A program made the translations under genes and the position numbers. A stretch of DNA of 64,000 nt from Rhynchobatus australiae (taxonomy: Eukaryota): contig JAUZTB010000062.1 of the NCBI GenBank assembly GCA_034780895.1, positions 13,140,751-13,204,750 on the forward strand, written 5' to 3'. The notes under the pieces were generated by a model. The model saw nothing but the letters and a program-made list of their open reading frames with translations. It was not told where the DNA came from and ran no database searches. Shown piece after piece: positions 37,191-48,550 of this stretch (position 1 is its first letter; the number at the start of each line of letters is the position of its first letter).

Positions 37191-39039
37191 AATGAACCAG
37201 TGAAACAACTACAACCATCTCCAGAAATCATTTTCTGCAGAATGCATTGCAAAAACGCCGTGGGCTATTCTGCCCAGCAATCACGTTCTCTGGGGGTCAA
37301 CCACATGCTTTATCATAAAAATAGTTGTAAAGTCCCAAAGAGATCCCTCCAAACTGTTACTGATTAATTCCTGCACAAATAATATTTTACCACTCCAATG
37401 CAAACAGATAAAATTGCTCCATAATATATCATTTCTTTATAAATAAATCTACCCAATATTAAAGAACAACTCCATCTCTATGGAGGAGCATCTTATAGTA
37501 AGTTTAACAATTACTTGCACATTCTTAAGTCCGTAACTTGTGGAAGATCAACAGAACTTTTTGCAATTTTTTTTCTTACATACATTATATTTGTCCTTCA
37601 GAAACCTGCAAACTCAATTAAACAGCTCTCACTATGGATTTATCAAACCCATACCCAACAGCACTTTTTTTGTGAAGTAAAAGTCCTTTTCGAACTTTGA
37701 CATTAGTTCATGACTGGCTTTGATTTTTCTAAAAACAACCCACAGAATACAATTCTGAAAAATTAAGAAAAAATGAATTTTANNNNNNNNNNNNNNNNNN
37801 NNNNNNNNNNNNNNNNNNNNNNNNNNNNNNNNNNNNNNNNNNNNNNNNNNNNNNNNNNNNNNNNNNNNNNNNNNNNNNNNNNCCACAGAATACAATTCTG
37901 AAAAATTAAGAAAATGGCCAGTGAAGAAAGATAGAGGATTTGTACATTGCATTTCTTGACAGAAACAGTTCAGTGGCCCTCACTGTTCTTCGGGTTCTCA
38001 GTAACATCCCATTGGCACAACTTGACTGGAGAACATGGTAGGACTCCCAGACATGTAGTAGCATGCATGGTTTTGACATCAACATACAAGTTATGTGCAC
38101 AGGTGTGCACAAAACACAACTGTCAATTCATAAAATGGTGATCAGCTGGGGAATCTATGGGAAAAAAATTTAGACATTTGCATATCCAAAGGGTTCCAGA
38201 AAAAACCCCAAACCTGGGTATTGCTTTCAGAGGGGTAACGTGAACAATTTTCTTGTACATTTGAATATCAGATTATCCGTCTGATTTCCAGCAACAAACT
38301 CCCAAGTAACTAGCAAGACAATAATCAAAGGAATTATTCCCAACTTCTCCCTCTTACTCGGTGTCAGGGAGTTCTGTAACTGTTCAATGCTTTGCTTTAA
38401 ATCTATAACTTTACCACTGCCTCACTCAAGATCATTCAGTTTGCTTCCTGCTGCTTGTTGATACTTCACAATTCAAGTAACATCAGCCAGCTGATGAACG
38501 ACAACTGACTTCTGACTTGGTCGATGCTGTATTAGAAGTTGGAGCAAACAGATATTCAAAATCAAAAAAAATTTAGAAGCATCTCTGATTTTGTTTATTC
38601 AGTTCTAGCCTGGAACACCCTTCCCACAGTTCACCAATTTACATGCCAAACTAACCTTCCTCACTTCCCTCCAAATTTTCCTTCGAAGGATTTGATAGAT
38701 TAAAATATTAGCCCACAGAAGAAAAGAAATCGCTGTATGGAGGCATTGCTGAAGCAGATTGTATCCCAAATCAAAAAGAAACTTCTTTAAAAAAGAAAAC
38801 AAAGAATTTTGATTAAAAGCTGAACACCTTTCAGCTGTTTATCTGCATTTTGGTGGAATATTTTTATTTAATTATCCAGCAGTGGGAATATTATGGGAAG
38901 AGTGGGAGGGATTAAACAAATATGCACAGCTGAAATAACAGCTGCAGAAGCAGACTGGGTAATGACAGTAAAAATTAATGCCCAATCAACACTTGAAAAC
39001 AATATGATGATGAAGCATGGTCTTTGAAATCTATTTGCA

Positions 39040-39365
39040 ATGGCAAGGCCAGCATTTATTGCCCATTCCCAATTGCCTTTGATGAAGGGGGTGATGGATT
39101 AACTTTTTGAACTGCTACAGTCCTTCTGGTGAAGGTGCTCCCAGAATTCTCTTGGGAAAGGGGCTCCAGTATTTAGAGCCACCGATGATGACAGAACAGC
39201 AACGTAAAGGGCAGTATTGCCTGTCACTTGAAAGGAAACCTGCAGTTGGCGGTGGTTCCAAGCATCCACTTCCTTTGTCCTTCCAAGCAGGAGAGTTCAG
39301 AAAGGTCAGAGTTGCCCAGGGGGAGTCAATGAAGTGCATTTTACAGATGGTACGCACTGCAGCGG
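39040..39365 (-). mobile_element. CR1/L2-group LINE 3' end (likely partner of the tRNA-headed SINE family)
   Basis: tggcaaggccagcatttattgcccattcccaattgcc tail; minus ORF RTICKMH. Confidence 0.7.
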
Positions 39366-39659
39366 AGGGAGAGAATGGGCGAACCGGCCTTCATTTAAAA
39401 TAGTTTTTATTTTTCTTTAATTCGCATGTTTTAATTAATTCATGATGGGTTTTTAAAATAAACTCATTTTTAATATATTTTTAAAATTGGGTTTAATTCT
39501 CTTTTACAACTATTTCCAAATGTATCTGACTGTTCGAGAGATTTGAAAACAGTGAAAGGCCTCTGACAACTCTGCTGCCAGGGCGACCTGTAGGCAGGTC
39601 TTGTGCACACCAGGGTCAGCACGATCTGGTCCAAAATTTCCATTCACAACACTCAACTC

Positions 39660-39945
39660 TTATTACAGGTGAATAGAACCAAAGAACATGGACTTCGGGT
39701 AAGTGGTGAGACTTGGAGGGGATCTGAGGGAGTCTTTTCTCACCCAGAGAGTGATGAGTACCTGGAATCCACTGAAGGGGAGAGTGGTGGAAGCAGAATC
39801 ACTGACAGCACTTAAGAAGTGTCCAGACAAATATATGAATCACCTAGAAGGCAACAGGTCAAGTGGAAGGTGGGATTAATGCCAATGGATGCCCACTGGT
39901 TGGTATGGATATAGTGGGCTGAATGGCCTGTTTCCCATTCTATGG
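39660..39945 (+). mobile_element. CR1 LINE 3' end
   Basis: ttttctcacccagagagtgatgagtacctggaatccactg...gggctgaatggcctgtttcc. Confidence 0.8.
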
Positions 39946-40159
39946 CTTTAACAATAACAAAATATTTGGAGTACAAAAATCAAGGAAGCTGCTTTGCCTG
40001 TGGTTGTGTGCTCAGGCAGGCCAGTGGAAGGCATTCCATCACACTCCAGACTTGTGCCCTTTCAACAGTGGAAAGGCTCCGAGGGTTCAAGAAGTGAGTC
40101 ACATGCTGCAAAATATCTGGGCTTTGGAAGTCGTTACTGGATGATTAAGGTGATCAATT

Positions 40160-40920
40160 TGCTAGCGCCGCTGCCTCACTAATCCAGAGACCTGGGTTCG
40201 GTCAATCTTTGCTTTGGGTCACATCTGTGTGGAGTTTGCACATTCCCCCTGTAACCATGTGGATTTCCCCCCAGGTGTTCTGGTTTCATAGAGTCAGAGT
40301 CATGCAGCATGGAAACAAGCCCTTTGGCCCAACATCCATGCCAACCAAGGTGCCGACCGAAGCTCATCCCAGTTGCCCATCTAAGCTCGGCCCACCTCTC
40401 TCCAACCCTTTCCTATCCATGCACCTGTCCAAATGTCTTTTAAATGTTATTGTACGGAAAATCCCTCAACTAATTCCTCTGGCAGCTCAGTCCATATGCG
40501 CACCACCCTCTGCGTGAAGAAGTTACCTCTCAAGTCCCCTTTAAATCTTTCCCCTCTCACCTTAAGCCTATGCCCTCTAGGTTTTGTTTCCCTTTCCCTG
40601 GGAGAGACACTATGTGAATTCACCCTATCCATGCCCCTCATGATTGGATACATCTCTGTAAAAGGCCACCCCTCAGTCTCCTATAACATTAGCCACCCTC
40701 CACTGCAAAGAACATAAGAGGAAACCGGAGCACCTGAGATACAATAAATTACCCCTTGGCACTGGAAAGTGGCAAAAGAATCTAAAAAGGGGAGTTGATG
40801 GGGAGAAGGGAATGAGAGCAAGTTGCAGGAAGTCAAGTTGAGTGGGACTGACGGTATTGCTCTGCTGGGAGCTGACATGGGCCCAATGGGCTGAATGGCC
40901 TCCTCCTGTGCCATAGTAAG
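40160..40920 (+). mobile_element. HE1-type V-SINE interrupted by a CR1 insertion
   Basis: Head and V domain at 40160-40287; tail at about 40740-40920 (gggcccaatgggctgaatggcctcctcctgtgcc). Confidence 0.75.
40288..40690 (-). mobile_element. CR1/HER1 LINE 3' end nested in a SINE
   Basis: Minus ORF MRGMDRVNSHSVSPRERETKPRGHRLKVRGERFKGDLRGNFFTQRVVRIWTELPEELVE is a classic CR1 ORF2 C-terminus. Confidence 0.93.
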
Positions 40921-42664
40921 AAAATTAGATACAAGCAGGAGTTTGAGAACTGAGAAATCCAAGAAAATGCAGAGGAAAAACAAACCATTGGAGAACTGAG
41001 CATGTTGCTCACTGCCTCCTCTGAGCTATACAACATTTTGGCTCTCTGATATTGTTCTATTGCCAAACCCACTCTTCCCAAACATCAGGGTTAGCATAAC
41101 ATGCAAACACCCTAACACAGCCAGGATTGTTTCCCTGCTCTTTGCTATCAATAGATTTGCTCATACTACTGAGAGGAAGGTGTCTGCCTCCCCATTCACC
41201 ATTTCTGCTGGCAGAAGTAGCTCACCATTAAACATACACAGATCAGGCAAACTCACAACCTCTCTCTGTTGCACTGTGTACATGTACCAGGATCTTTAAA
41301 ACGAACAGAGTCACTGTATTCAAAATAATGACCACCCTCCCCTCTTCGACACACTGAAATAAAAATAGGTCATGGGGCATGGAAGGACTGGGAACTAAAA
41401 ATATCAACTAACTTTAATTAAATACTTTTTAAATTCTGTTGAGCAATACTGAATATAACCTTTGAGACCATGCCACATAGCTCAGGAATCAGAAACCTTA
41501 AGTCATCTTTCCCCTTCTTTCCAGATAGTGAAGGTACCAGCTTTGAAGGTGTGGAAGATGAATACTTTGCAGCACTAACAGATATCTCTGCCTCCGTTGT
41601 CTTGTGATTCAAAGCTTGTCCAGAGCAACTTTGAAAGGCACACTGAACCTTGTATTCCTGTCTTTATCTTCCCTCATCCCCTCCCATTCTCTGTGGTAAT
41701 TGCATTAACAGTAAACGAAAGGATAATGGCAAACTAGTCACAGTACAGGCCACTCTGAAGCTGGTGTCAAGGGAGCTGGGTGGTCTCATCCAGTGAGCTA
41801 TTTAAAAGCCAGTTAAATGCTGCACTTGCATTTGGAGAAATTCAAAATGATCCCCTTTATAGAAACACCACTTCTATTTGGTAAGCACAAACTTACTTTT
41901 GAGAAACCTTTGGACAGGCCAACCATTCTACAAGAAAAAAAGTGACATTATACTTCAACTACGATTAAAAGCAACATCCTACCAAAGCCAACATCAACAG
42001 CAGCTAAATCGACAAATTCCTGATTAAGTTAACTGGTTTCCTGTACAAAACTGTGGATCACCTTCTAACTACGTGAGCAAGGGAAGGTTATGGGACCAAA
42101 GCTGGGTTGATGCATTCTGGGTGATAAAAATTCCTTTTGTGAAGTAATCTAATTAATTTTTTTTAATAAAAGGGCAATTAAGAGCATGCGCACAAAAGCT
42201 CTGTATGCATTTCCTACATTGTTGGAAAGCCTCCCAAACTATAACTGATGTGCCAATGATCTAATGAAGTCAAAAGACAAAATAATTGTTTGGAGAGAGA
42301 ATCTGAAAGTTGACCTTTTGTGATGTGTAGCTGTGATGAATTTCTATTTCTTGAAGAATATCCATAATAAATGTCTTGTGATCAAATCAAACACATCGTT
42401 TCATTAAGTAGTTATAACTGATTTTCCACAACCTACAGAAGGTATTTAAAGAAACACTAACTTTCTTACTGGCCTGCAAAANNNGGATTAAATTTAAAAA
42501 TTTGAAGGTCATACAATATCTTTCTTCACCGGGATAAAAATGTTTGCTGCCACCTCTTCATAGAAGTGCATAAAGTTTCATTGGGAACATGGAAATGGAT
42601 CATCTTCTCTGTACATGTCAGGGGTCAGTGCACCATTGTGCTGCTATAAGACACATGGGCTTCT

Positions 42665-42957
42665 GGCAGGCACAGTAGCGTAGCAGTTAGTGGAACACTA
42701 TTACAGCGCCAGCGACCCGGGTTCAATTCCGGCCACTGCATGCGAGGAGTTTGTATGTTCTCCGTGTCAGCGCTGGTTTCTTCCAGATGCTTTGGTTTCC
42801 TCCCACCTTCCAAAGACGTACGGGTTAGGAAGTTGTGGGCATGCTATGTTGGCACTGGAAGTGTGGCGACACTCGCAGGCTGCTCCCAGAACACGCGACA
42901 CAAAAAAGATGCATTTCACTTGTGTTTTGATGTACGCGTGACTAATAAAGATATCTT
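42665..42957 (+). mobile_element. young V-SINE, non-CR1-tail subfamily (full length)
   Basis: ggcaggcacagtagcgtagcagttag (A box), gggttcaattcc (B box), V domain, tail gatgcatttcacttgtgttttgatgtacgcgtgactaataaagatatctt. Confidence 0.92.
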
Positions 42958-43679
42958 AGGTTATTAATGGCATAGAGGTGCCCCACAGCCAGTCAGAAAG
43001 GTAAAGGAACATTTAAATCAACATCCAAAACTGTTCTAACAATTACGTTTCTTTTAGGGGCATGTCCGAACAGATGCTTTGAGTAATTTGGACACTGTGC
43101 ACCTCCTGGCTTACAAGTGTTTTACCTACCCAGGCCCAAAAGGATCCGATAAGATCAAACATCAATTCAATGTAAATTAAAGGCCAAACCAGTGACCTCA
43201 ACTCTGAAGCACAAAATATTCATAAGCTTTGAAGAATCCAAATTTGATTAGAAGGAATAATAAGACCCAAAGAAACAGTCTCCAGAAATGGCTAAAAATT
43301 GTAGCAGATATAAACACTTTATCAAGTGGATGATGCTTTGTCTATTTTTCCCAAAATGTAATCTCTCTGCTATCCTGGTCAAAGATATGGATAAAGAATG
43401 TGTCATGATTCAAGAGCCAGCAAAAACAGACGGCAAAATGCATTTCCAAAGTAACATCTAGGCCATCAGAGAAAAGGCCCTCCATTCAGTCTCTTCCAAT
43501 CTCCACCCTTTAACTCCAACACCAGTAAACATTGGCAGCAGATCGAGCAAGAAAAAACATTAATATGTCCCAAAAATTCAATATTCCAAAGCTACATCAC
43601 ACAGATGGTGGAACCTGGATCTTCATCTGACAACCCCGTTTGTTCCCCTCAGCTTGAATTTGCAGAGTGAAATGGTAAA

Positions 43680-44010
43680 GTGGATTAATGACCACATTTT
43701 AGTAGTTTGGGCAGATGGATGAATGTTGGAGCACCACCAGGAGAATGCTCCCACTCCTCTTGAAATAGAATTCTTACAGATCCACTAGAACCAAAAGCAT
43801 CGAAAAAGAAGATCATTCAAGACGACCACTCACCTCAACTTGTGCTTTCCTCCATATCCCCTCAAATGCCTTGCTGAGTAACAATCTTGAAAGCTTCCAC
43901 TGACCCACTGTCTTTTTCAGGAGAGTGGACAGAGGGGAGTAGGGAGAGCAGTTCCAGAATACCACCAACCTTTGTCTAACAGTACATTTCCGCATGTCCC
44001 TATTAGTTGC
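43680..44010 (-). mobile_element. decayed DeuSINE piece followed by a CR1 3' fragment
   Basis: gaatgttggagcaccaccaggagaatgctccc; gagcagttccagaataccaccaacctttgt. Confidence 0.5.
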
Positions 44011-44029
44011 ACGAGCTGGAACTGTGCAA

Positions 44030-44270
44030 CTTTATTGGTTTATTATTGTCATGTGTACAGAGGTAAGTGAAAAACTTTGTTTTGGATGCCATCCATACAG
44101 ATCATTTCATTACAACAGTCCATTGATGTAGTAAGGAAAACAACAGAATGGAGAATGAAGTGTTACAGTTACAGAGAAAGTACAGTGCAGGCAGACAATA
44201 AGGTGCAAGACCATAACAAGGTAGATTGTGAGGTCAAGAGTCCATCCTATAGTACTTGGAGACTGTTATA
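44030..44270 (-). mobile_element. LINE 3' end (Rex1/Babar-like)
   Basis: ttattggtttattattgtcatgtgtacagaggtaagtgaaaaac...gtagattgtgaggtcaagagtccatc. Confidence 0.7.
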
Positions 44271-44599
44271 GATTCTCCTGAAGTAAATAAGGTTTCCTCT
44301 GCAGAATCAAATCTCTTTCTTTTAAACACATCAATGTGTTCATCCTTGCATTCTAAACTCAACAACTGGCCAATGACTTGGCTTCCAATTACTTTTGCAT
44401 CGTGTTGTTTAGTACAGCTGCCTTAAAACTATTTACAAAGCATTTGTTTTATTTGCTAAATTATGAATATTCTCTAATTGCCAACATATCAATAACATGG
44501 AAAACTCTGAAGCCAGTGCACTAGGATCCATCTGAACACCCAATGAAATTTCAATACAACTCAACGACATTGAAAAACTGATGGCGCTTTACCTTTTGC

Positions 44600-44940
44600 C
44601 CAAAGAGGCAGTCACCTCAATGCAGCAATGGGGAGGACTCCAGATGCAATCGTTATGCCTTAACAACAAACTCCTGGTTGCCTTTTCAGATTTATGTGAA
44701 CTATCCCACTGCAGTTTTAAAATATAAAAGGGTAGCCAGTGCCCTCACATTGGTCTTCCGCAACATTTCTGAAAGAGAGATCAGCTGGTCAATCATCCCC
44801 CAGAAGCCTGCTATACTTTACAATGCAGTCAGGCTGCTGTACCTGCCTCTGAGGACAACAAGAGATTACACTTGAAGATCTCCCATTGGCTGAAGCATTT
44901 TCAGATGAGTAGACGAAGCGCACAATGGAAATACAACACC
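44600..44940 (+). mobile_element. highly degenerate DeuSINE
   Basis: cagatttatgtgaactatcccactgcag...gattacacttgaagatctcccattggctgaagcatttt. Confidence 0.5.
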
Positions 44941-46264
44941 TTGTTTTTTTTTCTCATTTTTCTCCCTTGTACCCAATGAAGCACTTGGTCAAAACTGGCC
45001 ATCAACTTCTCTGCAGACTGCTTCCCCAGCCCATTCTCAACAATGGGAAAAGATTAAAACTTTCACGTGCAAGAGATATAAAGGTAACACAGTGGAGCCA
45101 AGTCGGTCTTCATACCAGGTAGAATTACTGTTCACGAGGAATGGAAACTAGGCTAACTTATCCTTCTTCGTTGAAGTCCTGGTATTTCCCTAAGTGGTGG
45201 GGGAAGATTAGGATCTCAGAAACTGTGTGGCTCAATTTCACAGTATTATCTAATTTGCCATCCAAGTGTCAGAGGAACTGGACAATTCTATTTTCCTGGA
45301 ACTACAAAGAGGGATAGAAAAGCTCAACTCTTGTTGAAAACAGAATCAAAACCCCTAAATGTATCAAATCCAGCCCTTCCTCCAAACCTAGAAATATAAC
45401 ATATTACTTCTTCCAATCATCCAAATGATCTACTTTTCTTTTAAAGACAAGTTGCATCAAAAAATGTGGGTTCATTACTCATCTGACAAAGCCAAAGCAC
45501 TTTTAAAAACTCTGCATCAACTTTTCCCTTCTTAAACCCTTTCCAATTTTACCAACCAAAAGTCTCCACACTCAAGAATGCAGGTTACTAGCTGGAGCCA
45601 CCCCCAGCACAAACACCTCAGTAACTCGGAGCTGAAACAAAGGTGCTTTTTTCCTTCCCAGGGGTCAGCATATTTTAATCAGATGTCTGCTTGTTTGAGC
45701 ATTGGACCCAGGCTCACTCTGGTTCTTTATGTTCTATGGGTGCTTATAACTCTCCAGACAAGCTCCACATTGTTTATGCCACACCAGTAAATGACAACTC
45801 CCCACACTGACACACTTTAAAGTTACTTAAATGGGCCTTTTCTTTTTTGATAGAAAAAGCTTGTATTCTGTTCGCTTTGTGCGTTATAAGGGGTCTGAAA
45901 CAGAGCATTGTTGGTGAACTATTTCACACAGGAGTGAGGTGAAATTACTGCCAAAAAAGAGCAATTTGTTCAGCTATAATCTCTTCATACATGGCTTAAA
46001 GCTGACAGTTTACTCAAATACAACATATTTTTTCCAGAGAAGTGTGACTACAGCATCTCACCCATGTGAGTTTAGCAAATACCAAGTTTTAAACATGCTT
46101 CCCTGCCACGCATTTGAACAGGAGTGAATGCAGATTTAATTTCTTACCAATTATGGTCACATCACTAACAGTGATGATTTAACCCCTTTGTACTGATGGT
46201 GGCAATCACTTTCTTACCAGAAAGCCATACCGGCCCACGTTCACTTCTCATTTGAAGTTACTGT

Positions 46265-46700
46265 TGTGGCACGGTGTTGGCACAGAGGTTAAAGTTACCA
46301 AACCGGTGGCCCGGAGATGAGTGGTCAAATCCCACCGTGGCAGCAATGGAAGCTATGTTCAGTTCATTAAATAACGTGGATATTTTATTTTTGTGAATAT
46401 TTCATTTTTATACATACACACACATATAAGCTAGTCTTAATAAATGGTAACAATGACCAAGAATCCACTGGATTGTTGTTAAAAACACACACAATGTTGT
46501 TAAAAAAAGATGTCCTTCAGGGAAGGAAGTCTACCATCCATACTCCTGACCTGCAGCAATATGGTTGCTTCTCACCGAAGGTCTGGTGGGTCTGTACATT
46601 ATATTGCACTGGATTCTGAAAGTCCAAAGCAGTGACTCTCCACTAGCCTCTGAAGGGCAATTAATGTTGGCCTTGCTGGTGATACCCACATGCCAAAATA
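46265..46700 (+). mobile_element. tRNA-headed SINE with CR1/L2-group tail
   Basis: ggtcaaatcccaccgtggcagc...gtccttcagggaaggaagtctaccatcc...gggcaattaatgttggccttgctggtgatacccacat. Confidence 0.7.
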
Positions 46701-46734
46701 AAAAATGACTTGTATAACTTGTGTTGGCAGTCAG

Positions 46735-47270
46735 AACGTTTACAAGTTCTATAATGTACAACACAGAAATAGGCCATTTGGCCTAATTCATCCATGCCAA
46801 CAAGATATCCATTTACACTCATCCTATTTGACTGCATTTCCACTGAACTTTTCCGATCCATGTACCTGCCCAAATGCCTTTAAAACATTGTAACTGTACC
46901 TGCCTCTACCATTTCCTCTGTCAGTTCATTCCATCCATCCATCCACCACCCTCTGAGGAAAAAAAACTTAACCCTCAGATCCCCTTTAAATCTTCGTCTC
47001 TCACCTTAAAACTGTGTCCCCCCCACTTCTGGGGAAAAAGGCTGATTATCTACATCTGTGCCTCTCAATTTCACTTTTCAGGTCACCCCTCAGCCACCTT
47101 TGTTCCAGGGAATACAGTTCCAGTCTATTCAGTCTTTCCTCACAGCTTAAATCCTCCTGTTGAGGCAACATTCCTGCAAATTCTTTCTGCACCCTTCTCC
47201 AGCCCAATCACATCCTTCCTCTCGTGTGGTGACCAGAACTGCACACAATACTCCAGGTGTGGCCTAACAC
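46735..47270 (-). mobile_element. CR1/HER1 LINE 3' end
   Basis: Minus ORF VRPHLEYCVQFWSPHERKDVIGLEKGAERI. Confidence 0.92.
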
Positions 47271-47389
47271 AACATCCCAACTCAACAAATTCTGGTGCTC
47301 TACCTGACCTTGATGCTGACATTCGGATGGCCAAAATGGAAAACAGTCTCAACGCCAACATCCTCCACCTTGAAAAGAATGCAGACACT

Positions 47390-47670
47390 TCAGAGCCACT
47401 GCCTCACAGCTCCAGGGAACCGGGGTCAATGCTGACCTCCAGTGCTGTCTGCATGGACTTTGCACGTTCTCTCTGTGACCATGTGGGTTTCCTCCAAGTG
47501 CTCTGGTTTCCTCCCACATCACAAACAAAAGGAAAATTGGTAGGTTAATTTCTCATCGTAAATTGCCTCTAGCCTGTCAGTGAGTAGAATCCAGGGGGTA
47601 GCTGGTGGGAATGTGGAGAGAATAAAATGGGTCAGGGTAGGATTAGTTTAAAATGGGTGCTCTTGTCAGT
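47390..47670 (+). mobile_element. HE1-type V-SINE (older subfamily)
   Basis: ctgcctcacagctccagggaaccgggg...gtgggtttcctccaagtgctctggtttcctcccacatc. Confidence 0.85.
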
Positions 47671-48289
47671 GCAGACTCTCCGTGAAGATCCTTCCAGATG
47701 AATTGGATCTTTGGTCAGTCAGTAGCAACTTATAACCCAGAATCTGCAGACCAATGTGGATCCCCAACAATAACAGCCTTAAAAATATCATCACCCTTGA
47801 CTGGGAGCAAATAAAAGTAATAAAAGCCCATTGTACCTGCGAACCATCTGTCCACATCTTCAGCTGAAGTTCTGAAACATACCAGTCGCGTCACAGGACA
47901 ACTAAGTCTCAGTGCCTGCATGGAGGTTTTTTGAAACCTGATTCGAAGTTACAGCTTACCTTGTTTGCTGACTTCAGTGGCAGGGGAGTGGGAGGGGTGA
48001 CGATTTTGAAATGTTTTTATTTCAACTGGATTAGCAAAATTTAGGAGAAGATTATTGCCCCACTAAGCGAGCTCTTGATTACATTTCAAATCAGGAAGAT
48101 CTGCCAGCAATGTTTCTTTTCCTCTCAGTCCACTTAGTGGAACACTTGAAATAATCTTTCAGTTTATAAGACTTTTTCTTTATAATTGGTTATCCCAAAG
48201 GCACTGCCACCTTCTCAGGAGTACATGCCACGGTTGCTTTTAAGTGGTTTGGTATTGATTCCCTCACGGGTTATAATTGCCTTCTTAGC

Positions 48290-48550
48290 AACGACTCCCT
48301 CAGGGAAAACACACCTCATTAGTGATGGTTTTCTTATCCAAATAATCCCCGTTCATGCGCAAACCTCACTGGTGATCAGCCATCTGACTGCAGAATACAT
48401 CACAAGTGAAGCCAATCCAGTCCTCACCAGCTTCAACATACATTGGTCACTGTTTGCCAGTCAGATGTGGGAACTCTAAGTACATTTCCCTTCTCTAATC
48501 CAGGATCACTATGGCCAAATGTAGCCTAGCTGAGAAGAGCTAGGCTGGAG
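48290..48550 (-). mobile_element. ancient SINE remnant (AmnSINE2-like by recall)
   Basis: rc reads gctacatttggccatagtgatcctggattagagaagggaaat...ggtgaggactggattggc; related to 51225-51450. Confidence 0.45.

Noticed and set aside
37740-37914. 32-bp direct repeat on both sides of a gap
   Set aside because: Typical overlap of unmerged contig ends around a 100-N placeholder.
41525-41607. Plus-strand terminal exon DSEGTSFEGVEDEYFAALTDISASVVL*
   Set aside because: Good acceptor, but isolated, with no partner exons or recognisable homology.
42665-42735. tRNA gene
   Set aside because: The A and B boxes belong to a tRNA-derived SINE head that runs on into the V domain; the same holds for other copies.
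46171-46196. C/D box snoRNA (GTGATGA...CTGA)
   Set aside because: Only about 26 nt from box C to box D, with no terminal stem or guide.
46874-47548. 224-aa plus-strand ORF
   Set aside because: Antisense to a CR1 fossil and running into a SINE.
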